Positions 8,029-18,534 of a DNA stretch of 64,000 nucleotides are shown in pieces. The stretch comes from a virus. Lineage: Duplodnaviria; Caudoviricetes. The position numbers were made by a program, and so were the translations under genes. Where the stretch lies: IMG/VR virus record IMGVR_UViG_3300005512_000001, positions 192,001-256,000 of that record, one strand, 5' to 3'. Below the pieces are notes generated by a model. The model did no database searches. It was not told the origin of the DNA and worked only from the letters and a program-made list of their open reading frames with translations. Each line of letters starts with the position of its first letter. Within the stretch, counting starts at the first letter, position 1.

Positions 8029-10887
8029 ATGGCAGTCTTTCTAAGTCCAGGTGTATTTACGAGAGAAGTTGACCTCAGCATTCTGCCCGCAGCGACAGGT
8101 GCATTGAGGCCAGCTTTTATAGGCGTGGCCAGCAAAGGCCCGTTGAATGAGCCAACATTAATAACATCTGCCCAGCAGTTTGTTGATACTTTCGGCAACC
8201 CATTCCCAGAGAGCTATTTAGGTTATGCTGTGATAGCATTTCTAGAAGAGGGTGCTTCATGTTATGTAGAACGTGTCGGGGTTGAACACCAAGACGGCAT
8301 GGATGCAGATTTGGCAGATATTGCTATTGATACATCTGGAACGAAAGTGGAAGGCTGGGGCCGAAAATCGGTCTTTTCTGGTATTGACCACGGTATTATC
8401 AGGTTCAGGCAGGTCGGGGATGGTACTGGCAATAACCCTGCTCCAGTGGTATTGCATGATGCCGGGATTATTGGTACTACAACTACAGGCGCAGGTGAAT
8501 TACTACAAGGTGCATATAATGACGCAGAGATTGCAGATGAGTCTGCAGGGGCTGTAACTGCAGATGTAGTATTCACTAATGTTGATTATAGCGGATGCTT
8601 GGATGAGGTCTACACCTTTTTAGTAACTGGTGACCCCACTGGCACAGGCCCACTTGAGGGTGCTACATATACAATTACAGACAGTGCTGGTGACACTATA
8701 ACTTCAGGTACTTTGACGGCTGGCACAGGCCCAGATACCCAAAGTGATGTTATCACGCTTCCTGACTTAGGTGTTACTTTTTATATTGTTGTTAGCGGGG
8801 CTGTTGGAACGAATGATACAATTATCTTCACGGCCCAGCCGGATAATATGACTGCGACTGTTGTTGTAGAAGGTGCGACCGCAGAGACTTTGACACTTGC
8901 GGCGGGAACGTACACTACTGCGACAGCCTTCGCAGCAGCCATTAATTCTGCTGGGCCGGTTGATTTTGATGCGGTTGTTTCTGAGGATGCTGATGGCAAT
9001 GAAGTTCCCGCTATCAGGACTGATACAGCTGGAGAATGGATACAATTAACTGGTACTTGCGCATTTGCTGGTGAAGTTGGCATTGATCAATATACTTATG
9101 ATATTCCGAGAAGCTATTTGATTGGCACGAACCAAGAGTTGTATGGGTTTAGTAGTTCAAATAACCGTGTTGTTCTAGATGTGATTGGCGCGGAAGAGAC
9201 TGTGCAATTTGATTTCAGCATTCCTGTTGCTACTGGTACGACAGCTAGTGCAGTTGCGGCTAATATTGATGCCAATAATACTTGGCAGGGTACGGCTTAC
9301 TTTGAGTCGTTCGCGCTAACTGTACCAGGCGGCACTGAGCATGTCGTGATTGTTACGTCAACTACCAGGCATTTTGACCAATTAAAGTTGCAGGCCACAT
9401 TTTCATATTTAGCGACTCTAAGATTTGCTGAAGAGCTTGGCATTAACTTCCCATATACTCTAAATTACAGAACATTTACTGATACGAGAGTAGAACTACC
9501 AACGTCGAGTTCTACCACTCCGAGCCAACCAGCATCATGTGATACTGACCCTCTTAGCACGCAGTGCGAGCTAGACTCAGATTATTACGCCAATATCGTT
9601 GGGTGGTTCGTTGCTAAGTACCCTGGCACTTGGATTGATGACTATACGATTGATTTGGCAGTCTTCACTGAGGGTGTTGGTGATGCGGCTGGTCGGTTTA
9701 AAGTTACTTTAAAGGACGGTAGCGGCACTACTCTGGATGTTGTTGAAGATGTGAGTTTTGATTCTACCGACACTAGATATATTGGAAATGTGGTTAATCC
9801 AGGCACCTCGCTTGGTGGTGAGAATGGTAATGATTTCTATACATGGGAAAATAGACCATCGTACCTAGGGACCACTGTTAGAAATCCAAGCCCATTCTCC
9901 AGTGGCGAATTCACCGGCGGTGCTAATGGCATTCCGACCGAAGCAGCAGATAGTACTGAGCTTGATTCTGTTGTTATTGGCAACCCATCATTGTCGACTG
10001 GCATTTATGCATACCAGAATCCAGAATCATTTGACTTCAATCTGCTATTGATTCCTGGCTTTGCTAGTGGTCCGGTCATCGCCCAAGCAGTCCAATTCTG
10101 CGAGAATAGAGGTGACTGTCTGTATATCGTTGACCCGCCATTTGGTTTGAGGCCGCAGCAAGCCATCGACTGGCATAATGGTATGCTAACTAGTGATTTA
10201 ACGGCTGCGATTAATACCAGCTATGCTGCATTATATTGGAGTTGGCTGAAGACGAATGATGTGTTTAATGGCGGCACTATTTGGGTCCCACCATGCGGCC
10301 ATGTTGCTGCCGTATTCGCACGCACTGAACGCGAAACAGAGCAATGGTTTGCACCTGCTGGCTTGAATAGAGGGCAGCTGTTGAGTGCATTGGATATTGA
10401 ATATAATCCAACCCAAGGCGAGCGGGATGCATTATATGGTAGTGGGAATGCTGTTAACCCAGTCGTAAACTTTATACAACAAGGTATTACGGTTTGGGGT
10501 CAGAGAACGCTCCAAAGAACATCAACAGCTCTTGATAGAGTTAATGTTAGAATGTTATTGATTTATTTGAAGAAGAATCTATCTATAACATTGAATAATT
10601 TTGTGTTCGAGCAGAACGACCAGGCAACTAGAGCACAGATTGTTAGTACTATCAACCCATTCCTGGGCGATATTGCTGCTAGACGTGGTGTGACTGCATT
10701 TAATGTTGTATGCGACGAAACAAACAACACACCGGAGCGTATTGACCGCAACGAGCTTTGGGTGAGCGTATTCATCAAGCCTACTAGGGTTGCTGAATTT
10801 ATCGTGTTAAACTTGGTTGTACTTAGAACTGGTGCAAACTTCGGCGCGCAGGAAGTCCTAGCTGCTGGCGGCGTTGTGACTGCATAA
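8029..10887 (+). CDS. gp18: tail sheath protein (952 aa, large internal insertion)
   Basis: SPGVFTREVD, KGPLNEP, WFAPAGLNRG, WGQRTL..SALDRVNVR-like, IKPTRVAEFI. Confidence 0.97.
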   Translation: MAVFLSPGVFTREVDLSILPAATGALRPAFIGVASKGPLNEPTLITSAQQFVDTFGNPFPESYLGYAVIAFLEEGASCYVERVGVEHQDGMDADLADIAIDTSGTKVEGWGRKSVFSGIDHGIIRFRQVGDGTGNNPAPVVLHDAGIIGTTTTGAGELLQGAYNDAEIADESAGAVTADVVFTNVDYSGCLDEVYTFLVTGDPTGTGPLEGATYTITDSAGDTITSGTLTAGTGPDTQSDVITLPDLGVTFYIVVSGAVGTNDTIIFTAQPDNMTATVVVEGATAETLTLAAGTYTTATAFAAAINSAGPVDFDAVVSEDADGNEVPAIRTDTAGEWIQLTGTCAFAGEVGIDQYTYDIPRSYLIGTNQELYGFSSSNNRVVLDVIGAEETVQFDFSIPVATGTTASAVAANIDANNTWQGTAYFESFALTVPGGTEHVVIVTSTTRHFDQLKLQATFSYLATLRFAEELGINFPYTLNYRTFTDTRVELPTSSSTTPSQPASCDTDPLSTQCELDSDYYANIVGWFVAKYPGTWIDDYTIDLAVFTEGVGDAAGRFKVTLKDGSGTTLDVVEDVSFDSTDTRYIGNVVNPGTSLGGENGNDFYTWENRPSYLGTTVRNPSPFSSGEFTGGANGIPTEAADSTELDSVVIGNPSLSTGIYAYQNPESFDFNLLLIPGFASGPVIAQAVQFCENRGDCLYIVDPPFGLRPQQAIDWHNGMLTSDLTAAINTSYAALYWSWLKTNDVFNGGTIWVPPCGHVAAVFARTERETEQWFAPAGLNRGQLLSALDIEYNPTQGERDALYGSGNAVNPVVNFIQQGITVWGQRTLQRTSTALDRVNVRMLLIYLKKNLSITLNNFVFEQNDQATRAQIVSTINPFLGDIAARRGVTAFNVVCDETNNTPERIDRNELWVSVFIKPTRVAEFIVLNLVVLRTGANFGAQEVLAAGGVVTA

Positions 10888-10898
10888 GAGGAGTTATT

Positions 10899-11438
10899 AT
10901 GCCCGGCTTCGTAATTAATGGTGAAGGAACTGGCCCGAATGCCTTGTCTGAGGTCAGACGTACGCATAGGTGGCTTTTTGAGTCATTAGGCCCAGGGAAT
11001 CTGTTGGCTCGAGAAGTTCGATTAGTTTTAAAATCGGCTTCTAGGCCATCATTGACCTTTGAAGAGCCACCGATGCACCACAATCAAGAACAGGTCTATT
11101 TCGCTGGGAAGCATACATGGGAAGCTCTTGCGCTTTCATGGTATGATATTGAGCAAGACCCGGATGTATCCGGCGCGATGCACGATTGGGTTGAGAAATG
11201 CCTGACATTGGCTGGTGGTAACGCAATGAATGTGAGTGTGCCGAGGGAATATAAGGCCACTGAGTCAATCCTAAAAATGACTAAAGGCGATGGTAGTGAT
11301 AGCGAAAGATGGGCAATCTATAATGGTTGGCCACAGGCTGTCAACTGGGGGGCATTGGATTATACTTCCAGTGACCTGCAGTTAATCGAAGTCAAATTCA
11401 GGTTCGACCGTGCTGTAAGGGTCGGTGGCTCTGCGTAA
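10899..11438 (+). CDS. gp19: tail tube protein
   Basis: R.HRW, ASRPSL, YFAGKHTW, WPQAVNWGALDY..S; follows sheath. Confidence 0.9.
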   Translation: MPGFVINGEGTGPNALSEVRRTHRWLFESLGPGNLLAREVRLVLKSASRPSLTFEEPPMHHNQEQVYFAGKHTWEALALSWYDIEQDPDVSGAMHDWVEKCLTLAGGNAMNVSVPREYKATESILKMTKGDGSDSERWAIYNGWPQAVNWGALDYTSSDLQLIEVKFRFDRAVRVGGSA

Positions 11439-11450
11439 TTAGAGAATGGT

Positions 11451-12020
11451 ATGCCAGGTTTTAATATCAATGGTGATGGCAGCGGCCCTGCCAGTCTTAC
11501 GGAGGTTGTACGCACTCACCGTTGGCGTTTAGAATTTGACCAAATCCATAAGTTGTCGAATGTACAACTATATGCATTGTCGTGTCAGCGACCATCGATG
11601 CAAATAGACACGAATAATATGCACTATAAGCAAAATCAAATTCGTATGCCTGCTAAGTATAGATGGAATCCTATCAATGTCAAATTCTATGAAACTGCAG
11701 ATTTTGAATTAGGTGTTACTACTAGTTCAATATTTGATTATTGGGCCAATAATAACCCAGTAGTTAATTTCAATACTAACACTATAAATAATAAATTTAG
11801 GACTAATACGTCGATTTATTTGGAGACTGGCGATGGCTCAGATATTCATTTATATGTTTTAAATAATGCATGGCCATCGAAAGTAGACCCATCTGAATTA
11901 TCATATGCTAATAGCGACATATCGACGATTCAAGTTACATTGACGTATGATTCTGCATCCGAGAAAAAATTGCTGGAACGGCCAGCGTCACCAACTCCAT
12001 CGACTCCTGGAACAGTATAA
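11451..12020 (+). CDS. tail tube-like paralog 2
   Basis: MPGF start, RTHRW, QRPS, WNPI.VKFY, AWPSKV..LSY. Confidence 0.8.
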   Translation: MPGFNINGDGSGPASLTEVVRTHRWRLEFDQIHKLSNVQLYALSCQRPSMQIDTNNMHYKQNQIRMPAKYRWNPINVKFYETADFELGVTTSSIFDYWANNNPVVNFNTNTINNKFRTNTSIYLETGDGSDIHLYVLNNAWPSKVDPSELSYANSDISTIQVTLTYDSASEKKLLERPASPTPSTPGTV

Positions 12021-12520
12021 TGCCTGGGTTTGTAATAGCGCAAGAGCAACAAGGCCAAAAACAACTTCCACGGAATGTTGTATATACTTATACTTGGGAT
12101 GTCACTAGGTTGCTTGGTGAAGACGTTGATAAAGCAGTTGTGTTCTTAAAAGAGGCTAATCTACCTAGTTTTACGATCAGTACTGAATCAATTAAAACCG
12201 GGCATGCTACATATGAATTCGCAAAAGGCATCAAATGGCAAGACATAAAACTATCATTTTATGATACGCAGGGTCTTGGTGCTAAGCTTGATGCATTATC
12301 GCGTAAAGTATGGAATCAAGAGCAAGGCATTAAAACAGCAAATTCCTATATGGCACAAACCACTATCGCTATGGAATATATGGATGGCACACCTGCTTAT
12401 AGTTGGGTGTTACATAATAGTTGGGTCAAATCAATTTCATTCTCAAGATTGACATATGAGTCTAGCGGCATTAATAATGCCAATGTGACTCTGGCATATA
12501 CGTGGGCAATCTTGAATTAA
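12020..12520 (+). CDS. tail tube-like paralog 3
   Basis: MPGF start, NLPSF, WQDIKLSFYD, SWVKSISF..LTY. Confidence 0.75.
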   Translation: MPGFVIAQEQQGQKQLPRNVVYTYTWDVTRLLGEDVDKAVVFLKEANLPSFTISTESIKTGHATYEFAKGIKWQDIKLSFYDTQGLGAKLDALSRKVWNQEQGIKTANSYMAQTTIAMEYMDGTPAYSWVLHNSWVKSISFSRLTYESSGINNANVTLAYTWAILN

Positions 12521-12572
12521 GTAACCATCACATCAGATAGTAAATAAAACCAGCAAATAATGGAGAACTATT

Positions 12573-13562
12573 ATGCTAGATGAGCTTGGCCCAGAAGACC
12601 AAAACGAAGAAGAAGTATCTATGACGCAGCAACCAGAGGAGTCTAAAGTCCCTCAACACAAAGTAGACTTGTCTAATAAAGTAAGGGGTGCTTCTACTGC
12701 TGAATCGTTGTTAGAAGAAATCATTAGTATGAATGAGGATGACTTTATTCCATGGGAAGAAGTCACTCTTCCGAGCCGAGGTGAATATTATAGCGGCAGG
12801 ATACCTGGTGGCGTGGTGCGAGTTCGTGCGATGGGCATACATGCTGATAAAATTTTAGCAACACAGCGTTTGGCTCAAACTGGACAGTCAATTGATTATT
12901 TATTCAAATACTGTGTGCAATTACCAGATGAATTTGACCAATCAGACCTGCTTTCTGGCGATAGAATATTCTTATTGTATGTTTTAAGAGGCATTACGCA
13001 TGGCAATATTTATGAATTCCTTATGAAATGTCCGAATTGCGGAACAAATGCTGTACAGCAATATGATCTCAATGAGTTAGCGCAAACGATTACTTTCCCG
13101 GATTCGTCATTGGGAGACGAGCCGTTTAAAATTGTTCTGCCGTACATGTCCGAAGTTCTTGGTCGAGAGGTATGGGTTAAGGTCAGGTTTATGCGTGGGC
13201 GTGATGTTTCTACTATTGCTGGTAGGCAGAAGTTTAACAAGAGAGTACGCTCTGGGGCACCCAATAAACAACAGAGGCAAATTGTTATTGACCAGACCGT
13301 TACAGAAAATCTGTCATTAGTGATTACAGCGTTTGGTGGGGCTAACGCTGAGGGTGAAGTTCGCAGCAGGGCCAGCATCAAGGCATTAGTTGACCGCATG
13401 CACGCGAAGGATACAGCTACAATTAGGCAATTCTTAAAAGAAAGCAGTCCAGGGATTGACACCACTATAATGGTTGAATGCCCGGATTGTGCGGCAGAAT
13501 TCCGCGCGGAGTTGCCGATTACGGAAAGCTTTTTTCGTCCAACGAGCGATAGACAATCCTGA
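12573..13562 (+). CDS. baseplate hub / tail assembly chaperone gp26-like with zinc fingers
   Basis: VTLPSRG, LLSGDRIFLL..LR, CPNC, CPDC..LPITESFFRP. Confidence 0.8.
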   Translation: MLDELGPEDQNEEEVSMTQQPEESKVPQHKVDLSNKVRGASTAESLLEEIISMNEDDFIPWEEVTLPSRGEYYSGRIPGGVVRVRAMGIHADKILATQRLAQTGQSIDYLFKYCVQLPDEFDQSDLLSGDRIFLLYVLRGITHGNIYEFLMKCPNCGTNAVQQYDLNELAQTITFPDSSLGDEPFKIVLPYMSEVLGREVWVKVRFMRGRDVSTIAGRQKFNKRVRSGAPNKQQRQIVIDQTVTENLSLVITAFGGANAEGEVRSRASIKALVDRMHAKDTATIRQFLKESSPGIDTTIMVECPDCAAEFRAELPITESFFRPTSDRQS

Positions 13563-13758
13563 AGAGTTAGAGAATGAATATAACCATGTATTGGAACAAA
13601 TGTTCCAGCTGAAGATGCACGGTAATATGTCTTTTTCCGAAATGGATTCATTGACTGCGGAAGACAGAGAGTGGTGGGTTAATAGGCTAAAGAAGTACCA
13701 CGAAGAGCAAAATAAAGCCGCAAAAAGTCAGGGTCCTGGGAGAACCCAAAGTATCTGA
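13528..13758 (+). CDS. gp51-like chaperone, possibly a frameshift extension of the upstream gene (alternative ATG at 13600)
   Basis: FQLKMHGNMSFSEMDSL..EDREWWVNRL; +1 frame overlapping the T6 run of the upstream gene. Confidence 0.65.
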   Translation, partial: AFFVQRAIDNPEELENEYNHVLEQMFQLKMHGNMSFSEMDSLTAEDREWWVNRLKKYHEEQNKAAKSQGPGRTQSI

Positions 13759-13808
13759 TTGTAGCCAGGCATAATATACATATTCAAATATATAGCAAAG
13801 GATTTATA

Positions 13809-14651
13809 ATGGCTACATATAATCGTATTTCTGCTAGGCGCGGGCAAGATGTGGCGTTAGATGCTACGTTCTATATGGGTGGCCAACTGGCAGACCCATA
13901 TGCAATTTATCGAGTAGAAATATTTAGGGGGAGTGTTTCGGCCCAAAATATTGTTGATGCTATCGATATAGCAGACCCAGCAGCCTCATCTTATCCATCC
14001 CCGTTGGTTAGACAGCCAGACCCAGCAACACCAGCGGAGAATTGTCCGACGCCGCCGGACTGTGATTCTGGCGATATTGAAGGGTCTGATGCGTCTACTG
14101 GCCGATTTAGACTTGTGTGGTCAGTGCCGTCTGATGCTGTTGTCCCTGATGTTTATTTCGACCAATGGTACTTCTTTTCGACCCAACCAAGTGGCACCGA
14201 TGACTTGTCGTCACATGAAGACGAGCTTTTAACACAATGTAATCAATTTTGGGTTTATCCAGATAATTGGTATGTTGATGGCGGCTTGGATACAATTCGG
14301 TTAGGGTTTGAACCATTAGATATTAAGTTCCGCAAGCCAGAGCGAAGACCATTGGAAGTTGGTATAATGCCACTTCCATTATATGACTACAATTACAACT
14401 TAGTTGCACCAATAATACCATATCTAACACCTACAATATCTATATGGACTGATGCGGGTGAAGTGGTTGTTTCTAATGAGGCTGCAACCATTAAGCGAAG
14501 ACAAGGTTCGTTTAGAAGTAATCCGTGGGTTATTAGTTATGTGCTCGATACATGCCGATTTTTTATTGGTACGTATCGATATAGAGTGAAAGTGTTGTTG
14601 CCAGATGGCTCGACTAGAATTAGCGGTGACTTTTATATGACGGTTTCCTAA
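13809..14651 (+). CDS. virion structural protein (beta-rich)
   Basis: CAAATATA at 13785, AAGGA RBS; context. Confidence 0.55.
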   Translation: MATYNRISARRGQDVALDATFYMGGQLADPYAIYRVEIFRGSVSAQNIVDAIDIADPAASSYPSPLVRQPDPATPAENCPTPPDCDSGDIEGSDASTGRFRLVWSVPSDAVVPDVYFDQWYFFSTQPSGTDDLSSHEDELLTQCNQFWVYPDNWYVDGGLDTIRLGFEPLDIKFRKPERRPLEVGIMPLPLYDYNYNLVAPIIPYLTPTISIWTDAGEVVVSNEAATIKRRQGSFRSNPWVISYVLDTCRFFIGTYRYRVKVLLPDGSTRISGDFYMTVS

Positions 14652-14652
14652 C

Positions 14653-15435
14653 ATGAATATATCAAATTACCTAGAACACCAACTCATTAGACATACTTTA
14701 GGGATAGCTGCCTATACCCCACCAACATCTACATATATAGGAATATTATCTGATTTATCTAATGATGGCGACATTATTACAGAATTTTCAGGGTCGAATT
14801 ATCAGCGGCAGCAGGTGACAGCGACTGGATTTTCCTCGGCGGCTAGTGGTGCAACTGCTAATGTCAGTAGTATTGTATGGCCAGCTGCCTTAGCAAATTG
14901 GGGCAGTGCAAGCTATATCGGTGTTTTTGACTCAATTGCAGCTGGAAATCTGCTGTGGTGGGGTGCGCTTACTATTGCAAAGGCTGTGTCAACTAGTGCA
15001 ATATTCCGAATTGATGCTGGTGAGTTAGATATTGGTGCGGCTGGTGCGTTTAGTCTTTATTCTAGGAATGGGATTCTGAATTTAACTTTGCGAAATAATA
15101 GCCCAGCATTTTCTTCACCGGCTGCTATATATGCAGGTATTGGTACGATATCTGGAGCATATAACGATTCTCTTTCCGAACCGTCCGCTGGGTACAGTAG
15201 GACCCTGGTGACTGCATTTACAAGCGCCGGGAACGGTGTCTACACTATTTCTGCACCGCAGATTGAATTCACAGCCTCTGGTGGGAACTGGGGTTTGATG
15301 ACACATCTGGGGTTGTTCGATGCGGCATCGGGTGGGAATTTAATATATGCACTTCAATTAAATCCTAGTAGGTCAGTATATGATGGTGACGGAATATTGT
15401 TTGAGGCAGGTTCTGTAGTTATTAGAGTACAATAA
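14653..15435 (+). CDS. tail-associated protein with two tandem copies of one ~130-aa domain
   Basis: Both halves show P..Y.G..E.S..Y.R..NWG..G.FD...GNL...L....V. Confidence 0.7.
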   Translation: MNISNYLEHQLIRHTLGIAAYTPPTSTYIGILSDLSNDGDIITEFSGSNYQRQQVTATGFSSAASGATANVSSIVWPAALANWGSASYIGVFDSIAAGNLLWWGALTIAKAVSTSAIFRIDAGELDIGAAGAFSLYSRNGILNLTLRNNSPAFSSPAAIYAGIGTISGAYNDSLSEPSAGYSRTLVTAFTSAGNGVYTISAPQIEFTASGGNWGLMTHLGLFDAASGGNLIYALQLNPSRSVYDGDGILFEAGSVVIRVQ

Positions 15436-16274
15436 TGGCCATTACCAATGTCATCGTTACTAGGACCCCAGCTGGTGATATAGACCAGGGAGATACAGTA
15501 CTTCTGCGCGTTAGGTGGACGGGCATTGCTGCTGACCATGAAGTTCGTATAACTTGGGGTGATGGCGAACATGAGGTCAACACAGTTCTTGCCGCTGGCC
15601 CAGCATACGATGAAACATATGGGCACACTTATAATGATGGTGGGTCGTTTGATATAAGGGCTGATATTTATGCTGGCGCGGCCTCCAATAATGGCGGTCT
15701 GTTGATTGATGTAAATAACAAGCCACCCACAATAACTAGTAGCTCTGGTATATTAAATAATAACACTGGCGTAGTGAATATTGCAGTTATCTTCACTGAC
15801 CCTGGTACTGATGAAGTTTTTACTATTACTATCAACTGGGGTGATGGAAGCTCTGATGTCTCTAGTTTGACGGCAGTTGGCACCTTTAATGCTAGCCATA
15901 CGTATACAACGCGTATTGGCGACACATTTAGGAGGCAGATTATTGCGACTGTGACAGATAGCAGCAATGAAAGTGATATAAGTAGGTTTTATCCTGCGAC
16001 CTCGTACCCAGATGATGTGGACGATACTGGTATTGGTATTGTCACGCCATATGGTATTGTGCTATATGATTTAAGCGTTGATAAATCTGGTGTCGGTGGC
16101 GTGATAGTTGATGGCACTCCATTTTACACACTTGCTGCTGACGACACAATATCTGGTGTAGTGGTCGCGGCAGCTGCTGTTGATTATACATCGGTGTTTG
16201 TAATATCGACAATCGATGTTGAATGTGAGCAGGTTGGCAATATACCATTTACAGAATTGATACCACCAGCATGA
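15435..16274 (+). CDS. PKD/Ig-domain virion protein
   Basis: Two ITWGDG/INWGDG..HTY motifs. Confidence 0.75.
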   Translation: MAITNVIVTRTPAGDIDQGDTVLLRVRWTGIAADHEVRITWGDGEHEVNTVLAAGPAYDETYGHTYNDGGSFDIRADIYAGAASNNGGLLIDVNNKPPTITSSSGILNNNTGVVNIAVIFTDPGTDEVFTITINWGDGSSDVSSLTAVGTFNASHTYTTRIGDTFRRQIIATVTDSSNESDISRFYPATSYPDDVDDTGIGIVTPYGIVLYDLSVDKSGVGGVIVDGTPFYTLAADDTISGVVVAAAAVDYTSVFVISTIDVECEQVGNIPFTELIPPA

Positions 16275-17260
16275 CTACAGTAGCACAAAATAGATGGGCG
16301 GAGCTAATTACTATTGAATCAGCGACTGAAGTTGTTGGCTCAAATTCTGAAGTTTTAGGCGGCTGGAGATGGTGTAGAACTTCTACATGTGTTTCTGATG
16401 CTGATGGTGGTACAGCCACTGCGATTGATATAGATTACACTAGCAATACATATGGTAGTGTTGCTTTGCCACGACCGTCATTGAATAGAGGCTCGCTGAT
16501 TGGCTTTTGGGCTGGCACTGATGCAAGCCTATTCCATCTCGAACTTGGGGAATTATATAGACTAAGCGTGGATGAATTGTTTGGCTTATCGTTGGGTGAC
16601 CAAGATGCGATAGTTAGTGAACCTTTCTTTATTGGGTCAGATTACGTGGCTGAAGTCCCATTATCAGCAGATGAGCTGGTGTTGGGGTTTCATGACCAAA
16701 ATCAATGGAATAACAATTATGGGTCGCAAACCGTCACAATAACTTTCGAAGGTTGCAACCCACAGACCCATACGGTCTATGCTACGCAATGTGTATATTT
16801 TAGATATGCCCCTGCTGGTCTATTAGGCCCAGCTCCTTATTATGAAGATATTGATAATGGCACAGCACAAGGCCCTCACAGGCCACAGATTGTAACTGTG
16901 CCATCTGGTGCATTATATGTTGCCATACAATCAAGTAGCGACTCGGTAAGGACAGAACAAGTTCCAAATCAATTTCCATATTTAAAGTTGGAACGGTATT
17001 TATTTGACCGTGCAAAATACCAATCATTGCAGGCTAGAGTCATGCTTTGGAAGCGTGGAAGAAACATAGAAGATTATTATATGTTTGTGTTGCGAAATGA
17101 TACTTTGGATAATATTCCGATTACATATGATGTTACTACATGCTATTTAAATGGTCCGACGATTGTGGCTATTAAAAAAGATGTTCGTTCATCATTGGTA
17201 CATATCATGAACAAGATTAAGCGGTCGCCGATACTACCGCAAAGAACACCAACAATATGA
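16271..17260 (+). CDS. virion protein with LecA/PA-IL-like carbohydrate-binding segment
   Basis: GSLIG..FFIG..LVLGFHD..WNNNYGS.TVTI. Confidence 0.45.
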   Translation: MTTVAQNRWAELITIESATEVVGSNSEVLGGWRWCRTSTCVSDADGGTATAIDIDYTSNTYGSVALPRPSLNRGSLIGFWAGTDASLFHLELGELYRLSVDELFGLSLGDQDAIVSEPFFIGSDYVAEVPLSADELVLGFHDQNQWNNNYGSQTVTITFEGCNPQTHTVYATQCVYFRYAPAGLLGPAPYYEDIDNGTAQGPHRPQIVTVPSGALYVAIQSSSDSVRTEQVPNQFPYLKLERYLFDRAKYQSLQARVMLWKRGRNIEDYYMFVLRNDTLDNIPITYDVTTCYLNGPTIVAIKKDVRSSLVHIMNKIKRSPILPQRTPTI

Positions 17261-17496
17261 TAAAACACACTTGGGATTATTGCGGTGTTTGTTGTGACGC
17301 ATTTGTAAGATGCGGAAAATGTGGCAATAACTGTTGCAACGGAGGCTATGGCGAAATAGACGGCAAGCCATGTGACGCTTGTAGCTTTGCTTATGAGATG
17401 CAGTGCAGTGAAAAGCCACCCAAATTCTCTGAAGAATATAAAGCACAAAAAGTTAAAGAATTCGATGCAGTATTTCGCGATCTGTTCAGCTCATAG
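17257..17496 (+). CDS. small Cys-rich zinc-binding protein
   Basis: CxxC, CxxC, CC, CxxC. Confidence 0.55.
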   Translation: MIKHTWDYCGVCCDAFVRCGKCGNNCCNGGYGEIDGKPCDACSFAYEMQCSEKPPKFSEEYKAQKVKEFDAVFRDLFSS

Positions 17497-17508
17497 TATT
17501 TGACGTAT

Positions 17509-18534
17509 ATGGGTAAACTGAAGTTCAAGCCGAAACCGGCACAAATCCGAGCATGGATAGAGGCGAATTTTGATTACAAAACGCGTAAAAATGGTGACGA
17601 ATATTTAATTAATAGTCCGTTTTGCGATGATACCGGGTATAAATTCAATATATCTATTTCTAAAGCCATAGCACATGATTGGCGCGGCGATGATTGGGCT
17701 AAAGGCAAGTCACGCACATTTCTTAGGTTCGTACAGCTGTATAGAAACTGCTCATTTGTAGAGGCATTTAAAGAGGTCTGTGGTAAAGATGTTACTATGG
17801 GTTCTATATATGCGAAGCTGAGAAACGAACGAAAAGTAGAAGAAGAAGAACGCAAATATGATATTGCATTGCCAGCAGGTAGTGAGCCTTTGGCTGATGC
17901 CAGTACTACAACTGCCAAGATGTTGACGTCGTGGCTTGCTAGTCGTGGTATTAATTTAGATGGCATCGAGAAATATAACCTATACTATCATTCAATGAAT
18001 GTGGTATGGCCATATTATGAATACGATTCATTAGTATATTGGCAAGAGAGAAATAGGCTAAACAAAGTATTTAGGTTTCCTTCTGAAAATGTTGGCGTCA
18101 CGAAGGGCATGTTTTTATATGGCTTTGATATGGTAGAGCCAAGTGATTATGTGATTGTTACTGAAGCTATATTTGATAGCATAACTCTAGATGACCAATG
18201 CATCGCAAGTGGTGGTGCTGTACTTACTAATGCACAAGTTAAGAAGATTCGAATACTAAATCCGGTCAATGGAGTTATATTGTCGCCAGATAACGACAAA
18301 GCTGGGATTGACAGTATAATTTCTAATTACCAATTATTGTCACCATACTTTAATAAGTTATATTACGCCACACCGCCTGTAATAAAATATGGCGACGACC
18401 AATATACTAAAGATTGGAATGATTTAGGCAGCAAGAAAGTAATGGATTGGTCAGAAATCCGTGATATATTTGAAAATTCGATAAGGCCACTGACACAGAG
18501 CGATATAATCGAATTTATTATGAACTCGAATTGA
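17509..18534 (+). CDS. DNA primase (Zn-finger remnant + TOPRIM)
   Basis: SPFC.D..HDW; VTEAIFDS; SPDNDKAG; KDWND. Confidence 0.88.
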   Translation: MGKLKFKPKPAQIRAWIEANFDYKTRKNGDEYLINSPFCDDTGYKFNISISKAIAHDWRGDDWAKGKSRTFLRFVQLYRNCSFVEAFKEVCGKDVTMGSIYAKLRNERKVEEEERKYDIALPAGSEPLADASTTTAKMLTSWLASRGINLDGIEKYNLYYHSMNVVWPYYEYDSLVYWQERNRLNKVFRFPSENVGVTKGMFLYGFDMVEPSDYVIVTEAIFDSITLDDQCIASGGAVLTNAQVKKIRILNPVNGVILSPDNDKAGIDSIISNYQLLSPYFNKLYYATPPVIKYGDDQYTKDWNDLGSKKVMDWSEIRDIFENSIRPLTQSDIIEFIMNSN

